Assembly: GCA_040954595.2 (NCBI GenBank) | Contig: CM082581.2 | Location: 3,154,699-3,218,698, forward strand | Source of the DNA: Balanoglossus misakiensis | Taxonomy: Eukaryota > Animalia > Hemichordata | Direction: 5' to 3' | DNA length: 64,000 nt | Shown here: positions 53,187 to 64,000 of the stretch, in pieces | Layout of the letters: each line of letters begins with the position of its first letter | How positions within the stretch are numbered: position 1 is the stretch's first letter | The notes under the pieces: model-generated | What the model saw: the letters and a program-made list of their open reading frames with translations, nothing else | The model's database searches: none | Told to the model about the DNA's origin: nothing | Translations under genes and position numbers: made by a program

Positions 53187-54399
53187 TTTCACCCCTCGTC
53201 TTTCTTCTCTGCCAAACCACTTCAGGGGTAGTTTGGAACACCGTTGATCGATGTCACACCGAATGAAATGCTGCACTTCGCGGGGCTGGTGAGTTCGAAA
53301 TGTCAAAACCGTTGTCAACGAATCCCTGTGGCGTCCAGAGCTCCAATATACGTGGATTGTTGTGAAGTTTAAACTGGACTGCGGTGTATCTTTTGATGTT
53401 CTGATTCAAGGCGATGTTAACCTCTGATACTTCAACTTTGTCTATGTACCTCCTCTCCGGCCGCGGATTGACCTTCTTCGTTTCTACTAAAATGTTATCA
53501 AGGAAATTTGTGTTTGAAATGTTGATAAGGCAATCAGGCTGTATGATTACACAGTAAACTTACAAGAATCAAGGTAACGACATCGATAATCAAACCTGTA
53601 TTTTGTATAACCCGACGTGTTAACGTTTTGTTTACGTGAAAGAAAATATTTCGAGATTAAAATTTAAAATTCATTGCACGTCGCCCTATTTAATGTAAGA
53701 ACACAGACTCAAGAACACTTGCCCCCCCCCCCCCCCAAAAAAAAATAAACGAAATAAGTGACCCACTCTATTTTTGAAGGGCATTTTACATGTTTGTTTG
53801 ATTTGGATTTGATTTGATTTGATTAGGTAAGGATTGCTGAAATCACCAACAGTTAGTTCACTTACAAGAGTCAGTTCGGATAATAATGCATGGGATAAAT
53901 TTAATATGGAATTGTGAACTCTGTGTATATCTGTCATGGTTTTCTTGTTTAGTATTGATTGACTGCAAGGCTGTATTCTCGTAAAAGAACAAAACTATTT
54001 TATTTGCTTCAATAAATAAACAGTAAACATACACGAGAACGACACTGAAAACTAATGAAAACCTTCCCTTATCACGTACCACTATTGCTTCATAAATTTC
54101 AGCAATTTACGTGAAAAATTTATGGCCTTGATTTCAAGCATCTCAGTTCCTGATTGGCCCAAATGTTTGGAGATGACTAATGTAGGTAGAAGCCGCTAAA
54201 CTGTATACTTCATCGTACGAACAAAGTTACCACTTGTTCCCACCAATTACAGCAAGTGTTAGGAGTAGGATAGAATGGTGAACTCACCCCCCCCCCCCCC
54301 AGTACTACTCAGAATATAGTTTCACCGCTACAATACTAATCCCAAAATTACACATTCTTCGGAATTAAAACTGGGCGGCGGTGGATTCAATTTTGTGGA

Positions 54400-54543
54400 T
54401 ATCAAAAAGTGACTGAAACCCAACCCCCACCCACCCCATTGAACATGGAAAAGTTGGTGACCCCCCCCCCCCCAATTCCAAAAAGGTGACCTCACCCATG
54501 AATCCACCGTCCCCCGCCCATGCCGAAGAAACTGACCAGTCCC
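54400..54543. mobile_element. Partial Harbinger-type MITE end
   Basis: ...aagaaactgaccagtccc|taa resembles the terminus of the 23657 family; poly-C tracts lie upstream. Confidence 0.45.
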
Positions 54544-56199
54544 TAAACACTGTAATTCTAACATGTGTGAAAGGTTTCTAAGTGTTATACATTAGTCTGG
54601 CCAAAGCTAAGTTTTGGATTTCATTACGTTATGAAAAAGTGTGTACATCGGATTTAATCAGGGTTTTTTGAAGCCACCAATTCACTCAATTGAATTACCA
54701 GGTTCTCAAAATCTGCATCAGAACAGAACACTGCAAACGACGTTATACAGTGTACAGTTACTGTTATAGTATAATTATGTGCCTTGACAGTGAACACAAC
54801 CAATAGATAAATGTTAACATATCAATTTCAGCAAACAAGCAGTCAACAGGCTCCTTTATCTGGATAATCTGGTTCAGGGTATTATGATATTGGACGAGCA
54901 TTGGATTTATGTAGAAGCAAAATGTAATGGTTTAACTGTACTTTCCGTGAGTTGGACGTTTTATCCCGCTAATCTAACAAGGTCGTCCGCTCGTAGTGGG
55001 GTCGTTCAACCCTAGGTCAACTGCCAATGTATTCAGTCCTGAACGAATAAGAAGTCTGCAACCGTGATGATCTTGACTGTTTTACCTTGTTCTTACGTAA
55101 TGTGAGTAAATATGTAAAGAACAATCGACCCCACAAGCACACCTTGAATGTGGTCAGATTACTTGAACCCTTGCTATGATTGTCGTGATTAAAGTCGTTG
55201 AATTGCCTTGATAACCTTCAGGTGGTAGTGTAGGCCTTGCGGAAAGATATTTAGAAAATTATAATTAGTAGTCCCCAAAACATTTAATTTTTTAAGATAT
55301 ATCGCCATATATAGCTGAAATGTCGTATTTGAGTGTTCTAAAAAACGTATAATGGCGCTTCTTTGCGTGTGTCACCCACTGAAAATCTGTGCTTGGTTGA
55401 ATCTCAATTTACTATGGTAACTGTACCTAAATTTGCATAGGTGACCGTATACCTTTAAGACCGCTTAGTCGTTCACACCTGACATAGCGATACAGATGCT
55501 GTAGCAAGCAGTGGCTGTTATTGATGAAGGCGAGAAAATGTGGCCATTGTCGGAAAATTTTTGAATATTTTGCGATGCCCGCCAGAACCATTTATTTTTG
55601 TTCTCAATTTAAAGAGCCTGAGAAAATCATGCTACGTTTGAGCAAAACATAAGCTGTCAAGGTCGACTTCCGATATGGGTACTAGAATATGACGCCATTA
55701 TCAAAGGACGATCATGTAGAATTTGAACAGGCGGCAAATGCTCAGTTTCTCTTGCGTCAGATGCATATATTCAAAGAGACTAATTTATTTAAACCGTTGT
55801 TTAGAGCGTAGCGAGATGTAGCTTTCAGGTCCCCCCCCCCCAACACACACGTATAGAACAAACATCTCAGCGCTCTCCTTTCCAATTTGAAATTTGGGAC
55901 GGTACGATTTCAATATTATATTAAACCTCATAGCATCGGATTTCACCAAAGCCTACCCCAATATGTGTCAAATTTAATGTACGAAGCATACAGCTGGGAA
56001 ATGGTCGGTCTTCTAATTCCCTGTCACGTCACAGTTGGAGAAATTAAGAAAACGTATGGTGTTTATACATTCAGCGACTGACGGTCAAATTATAACTGAA
56101 AAAAAAACTTAACCATCTGCACAATTTCGTATTACATGTACGTCATAAATTATTCTAAAATACAGATGTAATCATCACACAGCTGATGAGGGCAGACTA

Positions 56200-56600
56200 A
56201 GAGAATCTCACACAGCAAGGACATGGGATCATATTTCTCACACGACTTTGGATTTTTTTTCTCACACTCCTGGCCGCTTGGAGTGTGGGATAGAGAGTGT
56301 GGGATCAAATTGATCCCACACTCTGTGTTAATGTTAATATCGCAAATTTCTGGTCGTGTGAGAAAAAGAATCTCACACACCAAGGACCTGGGATCGTATT
56401 TCTCACACTCGTTGGGGATATTTTGTCCCACACTCGCCTGCGGCTCGTGTGGGACAAAAAATCCCCAACTCGTGTGAGAAATACGATCCCAGGTCCTTGG
56501 GAGTGTGAGATTCTATTAGTCCCACACGAGCTGCAGCTGTCGATTCTGTGAGAGTGTGCGATCAGATTGTTCTTACACTCTGATCCCACACACTCAGCAT
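56200..56600. repeat. Palindromic repeat element; core hairpin 56369-56512
   Basis: aatctcacac..caaggacctgggatcgtatttctcacac...gtcccacac is mirrored about cgcctgcggctcg, with additional partial copies on both sides. Confidence 0.8.
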
Positions 56601-59600
56601 GCCAGAATTCCACAGTGTGCATCTGCCAAGGTGTTTTCAGGAGAGATGGATAAATATACACTATTAAACACTGGATGCATAGGAAATGCTAGATTCTTTC
56701 CGAGCCCTTCCCTTGTATTTGCAAAGTAATCTTCATCAAGCATATGCACTGAGCGGCCTCGACATTCAGCCAACCTAAACTGGGCAAGCGCTGCCAACCA
56801 CCACATTCATACTGCAGCTGGCCACATGCTCCTGTCTTACTTAGCCGCACTGATGAGGGCGCATCAGTGTATTATTTTTCTGGAGTTTTCTGTAGCGGAC
56901 CGTAGGCTGTGTTAGTGTGTCTAACGAAATGTCGTCTGCCCTCAGGACAGCCCGGTGATCGCTTCTCTTGTTTCAAATAATCTGTGACTTCATTATAGTG
57001 GTTACGCCATTACCGGTGCACTTGGGCAGCAATGTCTTTTTCGCATGGTGTACTTCCCGCATATTTCGCCGTAAAATATTCTGGCTTTATATTTAAGAGT
57101 CTTGTAATATATGGGGACCTTTCCCATTCTGTGAATGATCCCTAGTATGTAAAGAATTCTAATTACAACTTTGACTATTGTGTCCCTATTCGATGTGGAT
57201 TGAATTTTCACGACATGGTGATTATGTTTCAATGGTTGCTTACTGACACGGAAACCTAACATGAACTTTCACATGCCGCTTCCCTCCACGAAGATGCATT
57301 TGGTATAACCGTCAAATGATGCAAATTGAAACTGTGTCAGTTTTCAATTAACTTGGGACATGTACCGACATATCTTTATAACAACTATTTTCTTTGGTCA
57401 ATATCTCCGCTGTGCATATTTTGGTTCGGAAATCATTACAATACTGTATCAATATTTCCTATGATGATTGACATTCTCTAATGATTTGCGACAATGGCTG
57501 ACAGCTAATGAGAAAATTATGAAATCAGATGTAATTTTGAGCAATCTGTTAAATTGAAAGTATCGTAATTTCTTTTAATTGTGGGTTTTTGATTTCTCCT
57601 TTTTGTAAACATAATAAGATCAGCAATAAAATATTTGACACAGGGTTGTGAATTTAGTCGATAACAAGAATTGTTTCAGCCCTGGTTTGTCTATGGGCAA
57701 ACATATAACGCAGTGATATCAAAACCAGGAGATTATACGATTTTGAATCTTTGAATTTTTTATATTTGACTGAGGTTATTCATACAAATAACGTCATGCT
57801 GACATAATTTGTTTTCATGTCGATAATTCCTTGAGAGTTTGTTTTATGACATGTTATTTATACAAATTACATTATAGATGTCGTCATTGTTAGTTGACTA
57901 GACAAATGTATTTCTTTGTGTCACTTATACCGCAGGTAGTGGGGAAGGTATCAGAATGGTTCCCCACTGGATATTGACCACCCACCAGTCAGTGTTGGGC
58001 GAAGGGATAGGCTGAGGGTACATGCGTGGTTGGTCAATGTGTAAGGGGTACTTTTCTAGAAGCCAAACTCCAAGATAACCAGAGAACCAGGATGGCATGC
58101 AAGCAAATCGCATATGTATGAGTTGTTACAAAATTCAGCTGGGGAAGTAAACTAAGCCAGTTCACAGGCCACGAAATGCATCGCTGAGATTTTCTTTTTA
58201 ATATTTTCATTCAATAGTAAGCCATGTTTTGGTTATGTGGCAGCTGCACAATCAAAATTTTGACTATACTTGGGAGATATTCACTCGTATCAGACTCATG
58301 TGAAAACAAATACAAAACATTGTGCCTCTCGCATGAATAGCGATAACGTCGACTATTTGCTTCCATAAATTCTTACTAGGGTCAAGGGGCTCATGGTCGT
58401 ATGCCGGATGTCAAGGGACATAGTATGTGTCCTTGAAATCAACAATATAAAACTAGGCATGCCTTCAACTGAACATTCATCATTTCTGACTCACGTCATT
58501 CAACTGTGCTTACCAGTAATATTCTAAGATTCTTGGTGTGCTGTTACTTCTAGGGCACTATTTTCTTGACTAGCTTGTTTTGATTTATATGAAAATGAAG
58601 ACACGAATTCGCTGAAGTAATCCCATTTTGATATTTCATGAAAGTGGAAGACTCTTCAATTACAGAACATAATTGTTGATTATGTCTAGTTCCAATTATG
58701 TAATTTGTTAAAAATTGAAAAATGCTCAGTGGATAAACTCCGCACTTGTATTTAGAATATCTACCAGCACCTGGTATAAACTCGTGCAGTACACTTTCTT
58801 TTAAAGATATGACCTGGATCAAAAAACATTCGCACGAGGCAAATGAGACAAGAACCCATGGCATGTTTTGTGACTAATGATTTGCATTTATGTGATCGGA
58901 GAATGTTTTATCTGCATGCTAATAAACACTAATCAAGAAGAACTTCTTTCCAAGAAAAAAAAGGCATGTTTCACTTACCTGAGTGACAGGAACAGTTTGT
59001 CATTGGCGAGGAGACGCCACTTGTTGGAGAACAATTTATGAAGTGTTGACCACTCGGCTTTTAATGCAGCGACAAGACAGTAAGTGTTTCGCACGTTGAA
59101 ACTATATAGGCGGTAAAATGATATCCAGGCAATTACCAATGGACTCTTTAAGCTTATAGTGACAAATTCAGTCACTGACTCAGATGAAGATTGACACAAT
59201 ATATAGTTTGATTAAGGCAGCTCTTTGTTGACATGCTAGGGGGGTCTCGTGTAGACTGATACACGCTTGACCCATATCATAAGAGACATTTGGAAATAGG
59301 CCAAGATTAACTGTTCTACTGCGTGGCACTCAGCCAAACATTGTCACTTTCACGCTACAAACGTACCCATGTTTTAAACTGTACACCGTCAGTTGATTAG
59401 TGTTTTGTTTCTGTTAGAAAATATCTGATGTAGAAATAGTACGCCATATAATATCGAAAGGAACATAAATTAAGACGAAGATATTCTGTTTCTTTCATGT
59501 CAGTTCCAATAGGCAACTTTCATGATATTTTAATATATTTGTCCTTTTAATATATCCTGGTGTTTATTGATATGACATCATACATCATACGACATTTTAC

Positions 59601-61120
59601 GTAACGTTCACCCTCTACTCACAGACACAAATCAAATGTTTTGTTCTAGGATGAGTTAAACTGCACAAAGTCAATAGTACGGTTGACTGTTCCAGATGTT
59701 AAACTCAAAACGGTAAATTCATGCCATCAAAATGCGAGTAACATGTAAAGGTCACATCAAGGTCACGGACATGGCCTGTTAAATCGTCTACTCTTTCGAG
59801 ACTTCAATAACTTAAGTTTTGCTTTCCAACTGAAAATCATACATAAGCATGGGTACGTACCTCGGGGAGGTTTTCAAGCAAACTGCAGTTCTCCAAACCT
59901 GTCAATATTGACTATGTCGAAGTGTGTGAGGAGTCATTTTGAAATCAAAGAAGAAAACATGGTGTTCACCATCTTGTTTGTGTTTTAATCGCCCTTTCTG
60001 GTGATTGACGGCCATTTTCAGACCCGTTATACCATTATGTATGCAGTATGTTATGTTGTTGATATACTACAAATTCCACTTACGCCATTTTAATGCAAAA
60101 ATTGCTCTCCCACCGAAAGTGAAGGAGCCTACATTTCAATAGCCAATACATGTATATGCATCTGTTCAGTAGAAAAAAGAGGCTACGCAAATGTCAGTTG
60201 TGATACTTCATTTAAATATATACATATTTCAAGATGGGCATGTACACGACGGGTCACACGATTCAGGATATACAATTACACGTAATAAGATTTTGTTATG
60301 GAATTTCTCACAGTCTCTTACTGGAATGATATTCTTTGATATTGGAGAGGCCAGGTATTTCTTGAATTTAGCGTTGACACATTCAAGAAATCCATTAGAA
60401 TTAAACGCCAATATATGGTGGGTGTTTTTTACACCAAAGGGCAATGGGTAATATCATGGACTTCCATGGTAATATTTACAGCTGCAAGGGACTGTACCAC
60501 TTTAACCAGGGGGTGAAGCAAGAGGAACTCTATGCCAGTGGGTGACTTTCCAATCATTACGAGTTCTCGCGAGACTTGATTAATGACTGTAGCTACCAGT
60601 TGTTAGCCAAGCATTATAAGTCAACTTGTATGAAACTAGAATAGGTGCAGAGTTCAACAGAAATTGGAACTTTTATGCCTTATAGAACGATGGGCCATGT
60701 CATGTGTTTCATCAGTATTCTCCAATCTATAAACTGCCTAGCTACGCGAGATCTTGCGTGGTCTCGTGGAGTGCGAAAATTGGTCTGCTATGACGTGGTC
60801 TGAGGAGGGTCATATCCCCTTGAACATTACGATCATTTGTTATGACCCATCTATTGATCTTTAGTTCATAGTGTTCTGGTGGCTTTCATACTTTTAGCGT
60901 ACTCGATACCCATTAAGTATCGCCTGTATCAAAATATATTCCGAATCTAACAACATCTAAGGGTTTTTCATGCCCTCACACTGAATATGTATTTTCATAT
61001 ACCCACTTCACATGTAACTAGGTCACCCTGTGGAGACAGCGACTTGCTATTAAATCGTTCTTGCATAAAATACACACGTGTTCCCAAATTTTCAACAAAA
61101 ATGTTATGGTCTTCCCCTAA

Positions 61121-61374
61121 GGCCATATAAAAAATATGTGCTGTTCCGACCTACCCAAATTTGAGCCCTCCGACCCTAAACTTTTTAGAGCTTCGTTAAC
61201 CAGAAGTAAAAATAACGATGTCAAATATACAAAATTTATGAAAATTGCGACGTCATTCTTCTACACTACGACGGCCAAAGATATAAAAAATTGCAAAATA
61301 AAAAAAATCCCTACCTACCTAGCCTATTTTTGAAAACCATGTAATTGGAACAGTACATATATTTTTATTTGGCC
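61121..61374. mobile_element. PIF/Harbinger-type MITE
   Basis: TAA|ggcca.ataaaaaatatgtg.tgttcc ... ggaacagtacatatatttttatttggcc|TAA. Confidence 0.8.
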
Positions 61375-61870
61375 TAAACACTTGCATTTATTAATTCACT
61401 TCCACGGTTAGGGGAGAAACATTTGATTTCTGGAGGTGGTCAATTTTAGGGGGATGTTGGCAGACGGTGCCGAGGAACAAGATTGGCCACTACTGAAACA
61501 CAGACGATAGGTTGTTGCAGCCCAAAAGCAGGGCCTACTCCAACAAGACTTGTTCAGCTATAAATCAGTTGAATATTGTGCTTACAAGTTTTGAACTTTT
61601 TTCGCGATCACGGGTTCAAGTGGGCGCGCACTGAACTGTGGGTGAAAATTGGTGTTGAGCAGCCGTCGTCTGGATGTCTGGCGGCTATCAAGGTCATTTA
61701 TTTGGTCATCTTTAAAAAGATTGATATATTTTGTTTTTCACGGCAAATTACGTTCCGTGCGGGGTGATCGGGTCATACCTTGTCTCTCTCTATTAGGCCC
61801 TACATTCTGAGCGCTCGGTGCGACCAGTGCATCAAACGTGTTGCTCAGACACCGGATGTTAGCTGTTCGC

Positions 61871-62145
61871 TAGACTCTCTCACAACCCCTCTCGCCGTCC
61901 ATGCAAGCTTATGGTCTGATTGCATATGTGCCTAGTCTCGGTTACCCAGACGCCTTTGCTCTTCCGATGCTCTCCAGAAAAGGAGAGCATCGGAAGAGCA
62001 AAGGCGTCTGGGTAACCGAGACTAATATGTGCCCGGCGAGAGGTTCGCTACACAAAACCAAACGGTGCTTCACCCTTGCCAAATGGTTGAGGGCGCGTCA
62101 GTGAAGAGCCATGTTGTAGCGAACCGTGGGCTGTGAGAGAGTCTA
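61871..62145. mobile_element. Academ-type MITE (TAG...CTA termini, 9-bp TSD)
   Basis: tagactctctcaca...tgtgagagagtcta flanked by gctgttcgc (61862-61870, 62146-62154). Confidence 0.8.
61933..62024. mobile_element. 92-bp perfect-hairpin Academ-type MITE nested in the previous element
   Basis: 43-bp perfect arms, 6-nt loop, TAG...CTA ends, 9-bp TSD atatgtgcc (61924-61932, 62025-62033). Confidence 0.88.
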
Positions 62146-64000
62146 GCTGTTCGCTTGCCTGGTTTAAAATGCGCGGCTGTGGTAGAAAATTACCCACTAT
62201 GCTTTGCGGCGTGAGACTCCCCGCCCCCAGTTTAGCATTAGTGTACGATGAGAAGTAAATTCTAAAACATACGCCCCCGAAACAACTAACAGTGACAAGT
62301 TCAAACGTGACTGTCCTTGACATCAATTCAGTACCATATAACAACATCATGTCTGCTTTGTATTAGTGGTTTATACCCATATCAATACTAACCCGGGGCA
62401 CTCGGCTCAAATTTCGTACGTAATCAGATGAATTCTGAATAAAGCGCATCCCACTGAAATTCCTGGCGACATAAACTGTACTTTGGGGAATTCTTTAATA
62501 TGCATATTAATACATGATCTGGCCATGTGACCCACGGCATTGTCATTTCCAGACACGTAACATGTATCAGGCATGGTGCCTCATCAGCCTCATGGCATTT
62601 CGTCCGCACAGCCGCTGACGCACAACATTGCCCCTCAGCAGAAAATTTGAATACCCACGTAACTGTATCTGACGTCATTTGATACTGAAGAACGGCTTTG
62701 GCAGCGTGTGCACATTGGTTATTTTACACCGACCCGGGCCCAGCACGGATGCTACACCGCCGTAAAATGTTCAGTCATATTTATGAGAGATGTCCAGTCC
62801 CCTTTTGGCATATGATCCCTAATAGTAACATGTCTTCATGAGGTGAAAGGGAGAATCAAAACCACAACACATTTTATACACAGCCTTTCAGATTGGGTCC
62901 GAGTCAAATTACGTATCACATGTTTTGGGCGGTGGATGTATTAGGTGATCAGGACAAATGAAACTTTTGGCTGTAAATAGGGGTAGCCAACTGGTTGATC
63001 CGTTGTATTGCGCACGTTGTGTTGTTCTTCCGATCAGTCGGGGAACAAACCAAGGAGGAACTGTGCACTACCATATTGGAAGCTTTTACTGAGATGTTGA
63101 ACTGCTAAAAGAATTCTCCTGTGAAAATGATGCTTAATACTTACTAGTGTTGATACAAAATTTGCCCAGAAGAATGTTTCAAAATGAGATCAAAACTCAA
63201 TGAATATTCATAACTGACAGTAGTTACATGTATACATGTACCAAACTTTATTGATGAACTTCCTTGCTCACTTTATAATTAAGCCAAAACAAGTCTGGTG
63301 AGCAGCGATGTAAAGATATGCAAAACAGTACATAGAACAGACATGCGTACAAGAATGCTTTAATTTTGGATAAAGTGGAGCATGTTAAAATATCTGAAAG
63401 ATCCCGTCATTTGGCCTGAGCAAGTATAGCAGCCAAACATGTATCTTTTGTTACATGTTGAAGAAGTCTGTCATCTGGAGATTTTTAGCTCAGCTGTCAG
63501 CGACGCATGGTTTATCAGATAGGGGGTTGTCTGACGGCCGGCATGTGTCGACACATGTGTCATCCTCTGAAACCACTGGTCCGATTGCCTTAATTTTAGT
63601 ATATTTAAAAATCTTCTCTGAAACCACTAGTCTGATTGCATTATATGTTGAAAAAGGAAATCACTGTTTGCCTGTGTGCGTCAGTGTCTTTGACAGCAGA
63701 TCCCATAAAGGTGGATGGAAACATAAACACCATTCCCTCGATTATTTGCAGGTATCAATGAAAAAGATCAGAGACAACTTTGTCTGCAACTAGCAGAAGA
63801 AGCTGGTGAGTTTCTTTCCATTGTGGCTACAGGTTTTGTCTTGTCTGAAGTCCTTCCTTTAGAAATAGCCAGATACACGTTCGTTAGATGTGTGGTACTG
63901 GGTACATTGAAGATATTATGACTGCGGGTCTCACTCTCCTCCATTCTTTGATTTAACAGGTTTGGACATTCCGACCATCACAAAGACAGTGGTTGAGAAC

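Noticed and set aside
56180-56870. Hammerhead ribozyme cores (ctgatgag at about 56184 and 56850)
   Set aside because: No correctly placed GAAA or stem pairing was found.
58976-59100. Minus-strand exon with a strong donor (CAG|GTAAGT)
   Set aside because: Could be a non-coding 5' exon, but there is no partner exon or coding evidence.
63753-63806. Small + strand exon candidate (GINEKDQRQLCLQLAEEA)
   Set aside because: Isolated, near the window edge, with no homology recognised.

Overview
AT-rich, intron-rich, repeat-dense animal DNA. It is most likely from a marine invertebrate deuterostome such as a hemichordate or echinoderm; this is inferred from gene content and repeat types. The ORF track is mostly noise, so genes were rebuilt by hand from GT-AG splice sites and reading phase. 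Four genes are supported. (1-2) Two tandem 4-exon CALHM-family large-pore channel genes (958-2664, 4163-6262), followed by a decayed third copy. (3) A + strand gene (17677-31693) encoding signal/anchor, two C-type-lectin-like domains and a polycystin-1-like/adhesion-GPCR GAIN domain. It stops 10 residues after the GPS cleavage site, has no transmembrane region, and its last exon is duplicated 3 kb downstream. (4) A convergent - strand Notch-ligand-like gene (53186 to about 36440): MNNL/C2, DSL, 21 EGF repeats, a juxtamembrane domain, a TM helix and a short tail. Between and within these genes lie L1/Tx1, L2/CR1, Penelope and Gypsy fragments, Crypton-like remnants, an IS3EU-type element, Harbinger-, Kolobok- and Academ-type MITEs, foldbacks and minisatellites. 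No rRNA, tRNA or CRISPR was seen.
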